Shown here piece by piece: positions 18,954 through 28,237 of a DNA stretch of 64,000 nucleotides. Below the pieces are notes generated by a model that was given only the letters and a program-made list of their open reading frames with translations, had not been told where the DNA came from and made no database searches. The first letter of the stretch is position 1. Each line of letters starts with the position of its first letter. The DNA comes from Alphaproteobacteria bacterium (GTDB lineage: Bacteria; Pseudomonadota; Alphaproteobacteria; MPNO01), in NCBI GenBank assembly GCA_965248835.1, contig CBDFLJ010000002.1, positions 1,056,001 to 1,120,000 of the forward strand. Direction: 5' to 3'. A program made the translations under genes and the position numbers.

Positions 18954-20610
18954 CCCGCATTTCCCAAGTGACCGCTTCGCCTGATGCCTGATTGGCACGA
19001 TTCTGCTATAAGAATCACTGGCTTGAGGGTGTCGGAGGGCGGCTTGGATGCGGAACCCGGAGGGTGAATCGGATCATGGGCCACTCCGGCCCCTTTTCGA
19101 CCGCCGCCTGAAACTGGAGTTCCACGGATCGCGGGTGACCTCCGACGCGGGGTTGCTCGCTTATCGCGAACTGGACGACGCGCTCGGGCTGACCGCACTG
19201 GCGGGCGGCGTGCTCGCGGATAGCCGCACGGGCAGGAACGGCTGGCACGGCATCGTCAGTCTCCTTCGCCAGTCCGTCTATGGGCGTCTCGCCGGCTACG
19301 AGGATGTCAACGACGCCGACCGGCTCGGGCGTGATCCCGCGATGCGCTGGATCGTCGGCGGCAAGGCGGTCGAGCGCGGCGGGGCATCGACCAGCCAGAT
19401 GGGGCGGTTCGAGACCGAGCTGCTGGCGAACAACGAGAACCTCGCGGCCCTTGCGGACCTGTCGGGGATGTGGATCGACCGGGTTCACGACCACGATCCG
19501 CCGAGGCGCGTGGTGCTCGACATGGACAGCTCCGTCAGCCCGACATTCGGTGAGCAGGAGGGCACGGCCTATAACGGCCACTTCGGCTGCACCTGCTATC
19601 ACCCGCTGTTCGTGTTCAACCAGTTCGGCGACCTGGAGCGTTGCGCGCTGCGCCCCGGCAACGTGCACAGCGCCCACGGATGGCGTGATGTCCTGGTACC
19701 GGTGGTCGAACGTTACAAGGAACGAGCCATCCGCCTCTACTTCCGCGGCGATGCGGCCTTCGCCTCACCGGAGATCTACGACTACCTCGAAGCCGAAGGC
19801 ATGCTCTACGCCATCCGGCTGCCCGCCAACAAGGTGCTGCAAGAGAGCATCGCTCATCTCCTGAAGCGCCCCGTCGGTAGGCCGCCCAAGGACGTGCGCC
19901 GGTATCATGCCAGCTTCAGTTATCAGGCCGGAACCTGGGACAAGCCCCGCCGCGTCGTCGCCAAGGTCGAGTGGCATCCGGGTGAGTTGTACCCGCGGGT
20001 CGGGTTCGTTGTCACCAACCTGGGCCGCCCCGCCGAGCGGGTGGTCGCGTTCTACAATCAGCGCGGCACGGCTGAGCAATGGATCAAGGAGGGCAAGAAC
20101 GCGATCCGGTGGACACGCCTGTCGTGCCGCAGGTTCGACCACAATGCCGTTCGCCTCCAGCTTCACGCGCTCGCCTACAACCTCGGCAACTTCATGCGCA
20201 CCCTCGCGCTGCCCGATGCCGTGGGACAGTGGTCACTGACCAGCCTGCGAGAGAAGCTCATCAAGATCGGAGCGAAGATCGTGCGCCACGGGCGCTACGT
20301 CACGTTCCAGATGGCCGAGGTTGTCATTCCTCGTGACCTGTTCGCCGACATCCTGCGCCGTATCGACCGGCTCAGACCGCCGCCAGCCCCGGCATGAGCG
20401 ACGGCACCCCGTTCCTTCGCGTCGCCGCCGACAGGATCGGTGCGCCCGGATCGCCGGCAAAAATGCCATTCCGCGCCACCAACGCCGCCAATTGGTCCTC
20501 AATCATCCGGATCGGCGCGAAGATGGCCGTCATTCGAAGGCGAACTGCCCGTCGAGCGGTTTCGAGTCACACTCAACGGGCTGGGAGGGTTCCATATGGG
20601 GAATCCCGGC
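18954..20610 (+). mobile_element. IS1380-family insertion sequence, apparently complete
   Basis: Imperfect IRs CCCGCATTTCCCA / revcomp CCGGGATTCCCCA; TAAA on both flanks; ends +/-1 bp. Confidence 0.8.
19048..20397 (+). CDS. IS1380-family DDE transposase
   Basis: TSDAGLL, GYEDVNDAD, LDMDSS, FRGDAAF, YNQRGTAEQWIKEGK. Confidence 0.95.
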   Translation: MRNPEGESDHGPLRPLFDRRLKLEFHGSRVTSDAGLLAYRELDDALGLTALAGGVLADSRTGRNGWHGIVSLLRQSVYGRLAGYEDVNDADRLGRDPAMRWIVGGKAVERGGASTSQMGRFETELLANNENLAALADLSGMWIDRVHDHDPPRRVVLDMDSSVSPTFGEQEGTAYNGHFGCTCYHPLFVFNQFGDLERCALRPGNVHSAHGWRDVLVPVVERYKERAIRLYFRGDAAFASPEIYDYLEAEGMLYAIRLPANKVLQESIAHLLKRPVGRPPKDVRRYHASFSYQAGTWDKPRRVVAKVEWHPGELYPRVGFVVTNLGRPAERVVAFYNQRGTAEQWIKEGKNAIRWTRLSCRRFDHNAVRLQLHALAYNLGNFMRTLALPDAVGQWSLTSLREKLIKIGAKIVRHGRYVTFQMAEVVIPRDLFADILRRIDRLRPPPAPA

Positions 20611-20768
20611 TAAAGGGTGTGCACTTCGGGCCGCGGTACCCGTTTCGGGTAACGTCAAAAACACCAGGTAAATCAATCTGTTACTCGGAGCCTGCTACGC
20701 ACCGTTTTGAACGCTTATTGCCTTGCGAAATCGACTGGAATCAAAATACCAACAATGATTGGGTCGGT

Positions 20769-21030
20769 CTGCGCCGCGACGTCGAGACCGCCGAGGGGGC
20801 GGTGCTGCGGCTCATCCGGGCGCCGCTCGAGGACGGTCGGTTCGATGCACTGGGCTCGTTCACCTTCAATCTCGGCGCTGGCGCGCTGCAGCGCTCGACG
20901 CTGAGGCGCCAGGTCAACCGCCAGGAGCACGGCACGGTGCCGCGGGAGTTCCGGCGCCGGGTGTGGGCCGCCGGTGGGCGCAAGCTCGAGGGGCTGATCC
21001 GGCGGCGCGAGGCGGAGGCGGAACTCTCTG
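20769..21030 (+). pseudogene. C-terminal fragment of phage-type lysozyme (GH24 endolysin)
   Basis: FDALGSFTFNLGAGALQRSTLRR...GGRKLEGLIRRREAEAEL; catalytic N-terminus absent. Confidence 0.8.
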
Positions 21031-21089
21031 CGCGGAGGAGGGCTGTCGAAGTCGACCACCCTCGGACGACCTCATGTCATGCAAAACAG

Positions 21090-21123
21090 ACGGTGAGCCC
21101 CTTATTACGGTGAGCCCTGTATT
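21090..21123. repeat. Imperfect 17-bp tandem repeat (2 copies)
   Basis: ACGGTGAGCCCCTTATT ACGGTGAGCCCTGTATT. Confidence 0.7.
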
Positions 21124-21346
21124 GAAGACAACCGTGCCGTTGCTCCGGGATGCGCGCGGATCAGCGGCTCTGTCGGCAGTCGCCATCAGCTTGGGGCGCG
21201 GAACCCGATTATCCGGCCTAACAACCGGGGGATTTGACGAAGATTTCGGTGTGCTGTCCGACTTTCGCTGAGATCGGCGGTGTTGACGTCCGCAATCATC
21301 CGCCGTTTCGTTCTCGGCGGAGGGTTTTGGCGCTATTCGGGCGGAC

Positions 21347-22471
21347 TCATGCCATGGCGGCGCTGCGCTCATGGAAGATCAGACGCTGGAAATTATAAGC
21401 CAGGTTGGCGAGGCCGATCTTGGCCGCCGCCCGCTCGAGCCCGATGGTACGGACGAACAGGCCCATGCGATCCTTCTGCTGGGCGAAGACGTGCTCGACA
21501 TGCGCACGGACCGCTGACTTGCGGGCATTGGCCCGGGCGGTCGCCTTGGGCATGGCCCGGCCCGGCGGCTTCTTGCGGTGGATGTGGGAGACCCGACCCT
21601 TGCCGGCCAGCCACGCCTCGTTGGCCTTCGAGCGATAGGCGCTGTCGGCCCACACGCCGGCGGCCAGATTGTCGCCGGTGACGAGATGACGCAACATCTT
21701 GCCGTCATGGCGGGCGGCATCGGTCACTGCCGAGCTGCGGATGAAGCCGTAGGCCCGGTCGATGACGACATGGGCTGCGCGGGCTTACGCCGCGCCACTG
21801 GCGCGACGGTCCTGCTCGCTGTAGCCGAACACCGGGATCGCGATGTCGGGCATGCGCCGTTGCGCCCCGGCGGGGTTCTTGCGCCGCCCGGTCTTCACCG
21901 TCCACCGCGCATCCGTGTCCTTCTGCGCCGCCTTGGCCGGCTGATCGGGCCAGATCTCGGATGCCCTCTTGCCTGCCTTGATCGCCGCCTTCTCGTCGTC
22001 GCTGTTGCGCTGCTTGGGCGCCGATACCAACGTCGCATCGACGATCTGCCCGCCCATCGCCAGATAGCCGCACCGGCGCAGTTCGCCATCGAAGGCGGCA
22101 AACAGCTTATCCATCGCCCCGGCCCGGACCAGACGCTCGCGAAAGATCCATATGGTGTTGCGGTCCGGCGTCGGCGCTCCGAGATCGAAGCCCAGGAAGC
22201 GAAGCCAGCTCAAGCGGTCGCGGATCAGAAACTCCATCCGCTCGTCGCTCACCGTGTGCCGCGCGGCCAGGATCAGTACCTTGAACATCGCCACCGCATC
22301 GTAGGCCGGGCGGCCGCCTTTCGATCCGTCCGAATAGCCCAGCGCCGCCTCAAGCGGCGCGCGGAAAATCTCGAAGTCGACGACCTGCGCCAGCACCTCC
22401 AACGGATCACCCGTCGCCGATAGCTTCCGAAGATGATCCGGTAAGCCGAACAGACCAGCCTGCCTCATCAA
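21347..22471 (-). pseudogene. IS5-family transposase interrupted by an in-frame insert containing TAA
   Basis: GGRPAYD, IVDATLV, KDTDARW, FGY-[insert]-AHVVIDR, VWADSAY, RAHVEHVF; ORFs 21785..22471 and 21347..21727 share a frame. Confidence 0.9.
21777..21819 (-). repeat. ~42-43 bp palindromic (REP/RPE-like) insertion
   Basis: GCGAGCAGGACCGTCGCGCCAGTGGCGCGGCGTAAGCCCGCGC with inverted repeat CGCGCCA-G-TGGCGCG, sitting inside the conserved FGYK-x-H motif. Confidence 0.75.
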
Positions 22472-22757
22472 TACCTCCTCGAACCGAACCGCCGTAGAGA
22501 ATCACAACCAGGCAAAATTCGCGAGGTAAATGGAGGCGTCCAGGTGGCCCGGCGGCGCGCGCTGACCTCCCGGATCGTCGAACTCGCGGCGGCGCGACCG
22601 CGCGGCTGATGGCGCGAGGCGAACGGCCATGCTACACACTTGGTGGTCGTGGTAGTGCCATCGCGGGAGTCCGCAACATGAAGAGATCAGACGGCTGGGC
22701 GGTCACGCCGCCCTCGCCTCGGGGGGTGTCGCGCAGGCAGACGAGGGCCTGAACGCG

Positions 22758-23915
22758 GTGGCCCGGAAAATCTGCGTCGTCGTCACTGCGCGGCCGTCTT
22801 ATTCGCGCATCCGCACCGCGCTGGAGGCGATGCGCGCTCATCCCGGCATCGAATTGCAGCTCGTCGTCGCGGCGTCCGCGCTGCTCGAACGCTACGGCAG
22901 CGCGCTGGACGTGATCGAGGCCGAAGGCTTCACCATCGACCGGCGCGTCTACATGGTGCTCGAGGGCGAGAACCTGGTGACATCAGCCAAGTCGACCGGG
23001 TTCGGACTGTCCGAGTTCGCGACGGTCTTCGACGACCTCAAGCCCGACGTGGTGGTCTCGGTCGCCGATCGGTTCGAGACACTCGCGACCGCGACGGCCG
23101 CGGCTTACATGAATATCCCGCTGGCTCACGTCCAGGGCGGCGAGATCACCGGCTCGATCGATGAGAAGGTCCGCCACGCGGTCAGCAAGCTCGCCGACAT
23201 CCATCTCGTGGCCTCCGAGATGGCCGCGGAACGGCTGATCCGCATGGGCGAGCGACCCGAGAGCGTCCACGTCACCGGTTGCCCGTCGATCGACCTCGCT
23301 CACCGCGCTTTGGAGGCCGAGCCGCGCGACATCGAAGCCGTGGTCGCGGGATATGGCGGCGTCGGGGCCGAGTTCAGCCTGGCGGACGGTTATGTCGTCG
23401 TGCTGCAGCATCCGGTGACGACCGAATTCGAGCACGCCCGCCACCATATCGAGGAGACGCTGTACGCGGTCTCGGACAGCAACCGGCCGACGCTCTGGTT
23501 CTGGCCCAACGTCGATGCCGGATCCGACGTCACCTCGAAAAGCATACGTACTTTCCGCGAGCACGACGCCCTGCCGCAAGTGCATTTCTACCGGAACTTC
23601 AGACCGCTTGATTTCCTGTCGCTGCTGATCAACGCCAACGGGGTCCTCGGCAACTCCTCGGTCGCAATCCGGGAATGTTCCTATCTTGGGGTGCCGGCGA
23701 TCGACATCGGCAGCCGCCAGCTCGGCCGCGACAGGGGCCGCAACGTCACCCGCGTCGACTATGATCGGACCGCGATCCGCAATGGGATCGAGAGCTTCTT
23801 CACGCCCCGCGGCCGGCCGCGCGATACGATCTACGGCACCGGCAAGGCGGGCGAGCGCATCGCTGAGGTGTTGGCGAGCGCCGAACTGACGATCGAGAAG
23901 CGGCTGGCGTTCTGA
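22758..23915 (+). CDS. neuC: UDP-N-acetylglucosamine 2-epimerase (hydrolysing)
   Basis: RKICVVVTARPSY, ADRFE, HVQGGEITGSIDEKVRHA, LQHPVT, PNVDAG, GNSS, IGSRQ. Confidence 0.93.
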   Translation: MARKICVVVTARPSYSRIRTALEAMRAHPGIELQLVVAASALLERYGSALDVIEAEGFTIDRRVYMVLEGENLVTSAKSTGFGLSEFATVFDDLKPDVVVSVADRFETLATATAAAYMNIPLAHVQGGEITGSIDEKVRHAVSKLADIHLVASEMAAERLIRMGERPESVHVTGCPSIDLAHRALEAEPRDIEAVVAGYGGVGAEFSLADGYVVVLQHPVTTEFEHARHHIEETLYAVSDSNRPTLWFWPNVDAGSDVTSKSIRTFREHDALPQVHFYRNFRPLDFLSLLINANGVLGNSSVAIRECSYLGVPAIDIGSRQLGRDRGRNVTRVDYDRTAIRNGIESFFTPRGRPRDTIYGTGKAGERIAEVLASAELTIEKRLAF

Positions 23916-23965
23916 CGGTGCGGCCGCTCTTCGGTCCGATAAGCGATCGGCCGGATCATGCGCGC

Positions 23966-24039
23966 TGGCTGGGGGACCTGGATTCGAACCAGGACTGCTC
24001 GGGTCAGAGCCGAGCGTTCTACCGTTAAACTATCCCCCA
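23966..24039 (-). tRNA. tRNA-Gln (anticodon CTG)
   Basis: Revcomp TGGGGGATAGTTTAACGGTAGAACGCTCGGCTCTGACCCGAGCAGTCCTGGTTCGAATCCAGGTCCCCCAGCCA; 74-nt cloverleaf with encoded CCA. Confidence 0.97.
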
Positions 24040-24266
24040 CCGCGTCGCCGCGCGGCCGACAATAGCGGGTTTGCGGGGGCGATCAAGGCTGCGGCCCGGT
24101 GCGGACTGCGGCGCGCCTCGATCACGAATCCGGATTGCAGATAACGTCAAACCCTATTTGTTAGATATCTAACTTATCCTAGAATAGTTTTTCCGACCGG
24201 CCACCGACCGGTCTCGGGAGTGTCAAGCGATGGTCCGCCGCGCGGCGGACGGGGAACGGGAACGAG

Positions 24267-25325
24267 GTGCCGGTTCAACCGACCCAGGGGACCCATCTCC
24301 AGCGGAGGGCAAGACCCCGGCGGGGCAGCGGCGCGGCCGGTAACCGGCCACGGACGATCGCCGCGCTCGATCTGGGCACCAACAACTGCCGTTTGCTGAT
24401 CGCCAAGCCCGTCTGCGGCGGCTTCGAGGTCGTCGACGGGTTCTCGCGCATCGTGCGGCTCGGCCAGGGGCTGGTCGAGACCGGAGAGCTGTGCGAGGTC
24501 GCCATGTCCCGGACCATCGAGGCGCTGTCGATCTGCGCCGCCAAGGTTCGCCGCCGCCGGGTCCACCGCGCCCGCTACGTCGCGACAGAGGCTGCCCGCC
24601 AGGCGGCCAACTGCGCCGGCTTTCTGGCCCGCGTGGAGAACGCGACCGGGATCGCGCTGGAGATCATCTCTTCGCGCGAGGAGGCGGAGCTGACCCTGAT
24701 GGGCTGCTTGCCGCTGCTCGACCCGAGCGTGCCCTATGCGGTGATCTTTGATGTTGGCGGCGGCAGCGCGGAGATCGTCTGGCTGCGTCTGCACAAGGAC
24801 TCCCCGCCGCACATTTTGGACTGGATGTCGCTGCCGGTCGGCGTGGTGACAGTGACCGAGCGCCATGGCGGATCGGATTTCACCGACGCCGAATACGAGG
24901 CGACGCTCACCGAGGTCCAGGAACAGCTACGACCCTTCGAGCAGCGCCACGAGATCCGCCGGCATCTGGAAAAGGGACAGGCGCAGATGCTGGGGACCGC
25001 GGGCACCGTCACCACGGTGGCCAGCGTCAACATGGGGCTCAAGCGTTACAACCGCGCCGTCGTCGACGGCTCTTATCTCAACCTGTCCGATGTGCATGCG
25101 GTTTGCCGGTCGCTGTCCAGGTCGACCTATGACCAGCGGATCGAACATCCCTCGATCGGGCCGGGCAGGGCCGACCTTGTGGTGGCCGGCTGCGCGATCC
25201 TTGAGGCCATCTGCCGGACCTGGCCGGCCGGCCGGCTGCGGGTCGCCGATCGCGGTGTCCGCGAGGGCATCCTGCTCGATCTCGCCGCCTCGATCGAGCG
25301 CGAGCGCCAAGATGGCCGGGCGTGA
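24267..25325 (+). CDS. ppx: Ppx/GppA family exopolyphosphatase
   Basis: ALDLGTNNCRLL, ATEAAR, EEAEL, FDVGGGSAE, GTAGTVTT, GVREG; exact start uncertain. Confidence 0.9.
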   Translation: MPVQPTQGTHLQRRARPRRGSGAAGNRPRTIAALDLGTNNCRLLIAKPVCGGFEVVDGFSRIVRLGQGLVETGELCEVAMSRTIEALSICAAKVRRRRVHRARYVATEAARQAANCAGFLARVENATGIALEIISSREEAELTLMGCLPLLDPSVPYAVIFDVGGGSAEIVWLRLHKDSPPHILDWMSLPVGVVTVTERHGGSDFTDAEYEATLTEVQEQLRPFEQRHEIRRHLEKGQAQMLGTAGTVTTVASVNMGLKRYNRAVVDGSYLNLSDVHAVCRSLSRSTYDQRIEHPSIGPGRADLVVAGCAILEAICRTWPAGRLRVADRGVREGILLDLAASIERERQDGRA

Positions 25326-26031
25326 GCGCGGCGGCGGCCGGTCCGGGCGCAAATCCAGAAAGTCCGCTCCGCGCTATCCGACCGTGCGGGTCCGCACCGC
25401 GAAGGGCCGCAAGCCGTCCTCGACGCGCTGGCTCCACAGACAGCTCAACGATCCCTACGTCGCCGAGGCCGGCCGCCACGGCTACCGCTCGCGCGCGGCC
25501 TGGAAGCTGGTGGAGATCGACCGCAAGTTCGGCCTGCTGCGCCTCGGCGCGGCGGTGCTCGACCTGGGGGCGGCGCCCGGCGGCTGGGCCCAGGTCGCGG
25601 TCGAGCGCGTGCGCACCCCCTCGGGCGGCGGATACGTGCTCGCGGTCGACCTCCAGGAGATGGCGCCGATAGAGGGCGCGGAATTCCTGCGGCTGGACAT
25701 CGACGACCCGGAGCAAGCCGAGCGTCTCGTCCATGCGGTCGGGGACGGCTGCGATGTCGTGTTGTCGGACATGGCGATCGCTGCGACCGGGCATCGGCTG
25801 ACCGATCAGATCCGCAACCAGCGTCTGGCCGAGATCGCCCATGACCTCGCCCGTCGGGTTCTGCGGCCGCGCGGCGCGCTGGTCATCAAGGCCTTTCACG
25901 GCGGCGGGGCCGCGCCGTTGATGGGTGCGCTGAAAAGCGATTTCGCCGTTGTCCGGACGTTCAAGCCGCCGGCCTCGCGGAGCGGGTCCGCGGAGACCTA
26001 CATCGTCGCAAGGGGCTTCCGCGGCGCCTAG
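25312..26031 (+). CDS. rlmE: 23S rRNA Um2552 methyltransferase
   Basis: SSTRWLHRQLNDPYV, YRSRAAWKL, LDLGAAPGGW, VLSDMA, KPPASR.GSAETY. Confidence 0.95.
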   Translation: MAGRERGGGRSGRKSRKSAPRYPTVRVRTAKGRKPSSTRWLHRQLNDPYVAEAGRHGYRSRAAWKLVEIDRKFGLLRLGAAVLDLGAAPGGWAQVAVERVRTPSGGGYVLAVDLQEMAPIEGAEFLRLDIDDPEQAERLVHAVGDGCDVVLSDMAIAATGHRLTDQIRNQRLAEIAHDLARRVLRPRGALVIKAFHGGGAAPLMGALKSDFAVVRTFKPPASRSGSAETYIVARGFRGA

Positions 26032-26545
26032 GCTCTGGACCCATAAAAGCGCTTTATGATTCTGTTTGGATCTGATTCAAGCTTCCAAACCGTGGGAGCT
26101 TGAGAATGTCGGAGAGCTTTTGGCTGAGCGATGAGCAGTTTGGACGTCTGGCGCCGTTGTTGCCGACGGACACGCGGGGCGTGCCGCGGGTTGACGACCG
26201 GCGGGTGATATCTGGGATCATCCATGTTCTTCAATCGGGCTGCCGGTGGAAGGATGCGCCGGCGGAATACGGCCCTCACAAGACGCTGTACAACCGCTTT
26301 GTCCGCTGGGCGCGCAAGGGTGTATGGCAGGGCGTCTTCGTGCGGTTGGCGGATTCTGGCGGACCGCCGGCAGCGGTGATGCTGGATTCGACCCATGTCA
26401 AGGCGCACCGTTCGGCGGCGGGCGGAAAAGGGGGCCGAGATCCAGGCGATCGGCCGCTCGCAGGGCGGGCGCACGACCAAGATCCATGCCGCCGTCGACG
26501 AGCACGGCCGGGCGCGACGGCTGATCGTCGGGCGGGCCATCGGAG
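26032..26545 (+). mobile_element. Left half of an IS5-family (IS427-group) element, truncated
   Basis: Starts GGCTCTGGACCCAT after TA at the rlmE stop; FWLSDEQF, DDRRVISGI, YNRFVRW, AAAAGGGGG slippery site, then GGRTTKIH in the shifted frame. Confidence 0.85.
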
Positions 26546-27261
26546 CGACGCACCGGTGGCGGTGTTCCTGCGCCCGGGCAAGACGCCATCGGGAGGCGAG
26601 GTTCGCGCCGTCCTCAAGCACCTGGTCCGCCGCATCCGGCGGCACTGGCCGCCCACCCGGATCGTCTTCCGGGGAGATTCCCATTACGCCCGCCTGGAGG
26701 CGACCACGCGCGGCTTCGACGCCCGCTTCATCGTCACCTCGCTGAGCGGCGAAGCGCGCCGGCTCTGTGAAGAGAGTTGCTGTGCCCGCGGCCAGGCCGA
26801 AAATCCGATCAAGCTGCACAAGACCCAACTGGCCTCCGAGCGCACCTCCTGCCAAAGCCCGACCGCCAACCAGGTCAGGCCGGTCCTGCACACCTGCGCC
26901 TCCTGGATGATGCTCGTCCTGCGCAACGCCATCCCACAGGCAACGCCTCTCGCCAGAGCCGAGTTCGCAACCCTCAGGCTGCGCCTGCTCAAGATCGGCG
27001 CCCGCGTCGTCGAAAAGGCCGCCCGCATCCGAATCCACTTCACCTCGGCCTGCCCGAACGCCGCCCTCTTCCGCATGCTGGCGGGCCGCCTCGCGACCGC
27101 CGGACCCTGTATACCGGGGACGCGTGTCCCCTCGAACCCGACGATCTTCCACCCCAAACGCCTACCACAAAAAATGCCATACAGATGCCCAGGGGCGTCA
27201 GGTACACGCTCGCGCCACGACAATATCAGACAAAATCATCCGCGGTATAAATAGATCGGGC
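26546..27261 (+). mobile_element. Degenerate right half of an IS1380-family element
   Basis: LRPGKTPSG, FRGDSHY, internal deletion, RGQAEN.IK, ATLRLRLLKIGA; ends ATAGATCGGGC before TAG. Confidence 0.8.
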
Positions 27262-27382
27262 TAGTAAGGTGCAGGATTAAAGCAAGATTTGCTCGACGTT
27301 CTTCGGGAACTCGGCTCGAACCTTTACGGACCTACCCCAATTCAACGCTGCCCGAGGCAGTCACCGAACTAACTTCGTCATC

Positions 27383-27898
27383 TCACGCGCTTCCAAGATG
27401 TGATTTGGGCAGTCCCCCATGGTTGTAATTCTCCGGAAACACTGTGTCGTCGCCGATGCCGTACGAATCGATTATCTCGACGCCGTTGCCATCGGGGTCG
27501 TGGAAATAGGCGTGACGCCCGGGAAAATTTCGATGACCGGTGTCCTCGTACAGCAGCACCTCGACCCCCTTGGTTTCGAGATACGACATGGCGGCGTCAA
27601 AATCTTTTGCTGCTACCATAAAGGCGTGGTGAATGAGTGTATCGGTCCCTTTATTGGGTCGCTGGTGATAGCCGGTTCGCGACAGGACGAAAAAATCGTC
27701 GCCAGCACGCATGAACAACGTGGTGTCGTTTCGCCGCCAATAGGTGCAGCCGACCACGTCGACGTAAAAAACACGTGCCCGTTCGAGATCGGTGACGCCA
27801 ATCGTGAAATGCAGGATGCCGGTGGGCTCAACTCGACGCGGTGTGGTGTGAGCCACGGTAGTGGCGCCCGCGAAAGCCTCGCTATTCAGCTCCGACAT
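27383..27898 (-). CDS. VOC (glyoxalase/extradiol dioxygenase fold) protein
   Basis: ILHFTIGVTDLERARVFY, HHAF, YFHDPDGNGVE; RBS GGAGG. Confidence 0.88.
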   Translation of the reverse strand: MSELNSEAFAGATTVAHTTPRRVEPTGILHFTIGVTDLERARVFYVDVVGCTYWRRNDTTLFMRAGDDFFVLSRTGYHQRPNKGTDTLIHHAFMVAAKDFDAAMSYLETKGVEVLLYEDTGHRNFPGRHAYFHDPDGNGVEIIDSYGIGDDTVFPENYNHGGLPKSHLGSA

Positions 27899-28052
27899 AA
27901 CATTCCTCCATTGTCATTGGGTCTTTTGTCTTGCATCCAGCAGCATAAGCGCAATAGGGCAGGGTTCCGACTCGTGATTAATCCAGCTGTCGGTGTCCGT
28001 GGCGGTGTCACCGTGTTTGCAATTATGCCGAGGGGCTAACATTCCAGTAACT

Positions 28053-28180
28053 TTCTCCGACGGCATCACGGAGGATCTCGTCACGTCGCTGTCGTGCATT
28101 CGGCTGTTTGGGGTCGTATCGCGAAATTCAACCTTTACCTGCAAAGGCCGGTCAACCAACGCCCGTGACATCGTTCGAGG
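28053..28180 (+). pseudogene. Fragment of TolB-N-like domain of an adenylate cyclase/TPR protein
   Basis: FSDGITEDLVTSLS...VVSRNSTFTCKGR. Confidence 0.6.
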
Positions 28181-28237
28181 ACCGTATGGCCTTATAACCG
28201 TCCTTCCCTTCATAGCCGGGATTAAATTGATCGCGTA

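Noticed and set aside
18992-19008. Sigma-54 promoter TTGGCACGATTCTGCT
   Set aside because: GG-to-GC spacing is 9 nt rather than 10, and it lies inside the IS1380 end
21785-21787. Programmed stop-codon readthrough in the IS5 transposase
   Set aside because: The stop is TAA and lies inside a foreign insert that splits a conserved motif, so inactivation is the simpler explanation
9409-24039. Integrative island bounded by a duplicated tRNA-Gln 3' end
   Set aside because: I saw no second copy of the tRNA 3' end and no integrase in the window
26100-27254. Novel 384-aa transposase
   Set aside because: Explained as a chance in-frame fusion of IS5 and internally deleted IS1380 fragments, lacking a complete DDE set
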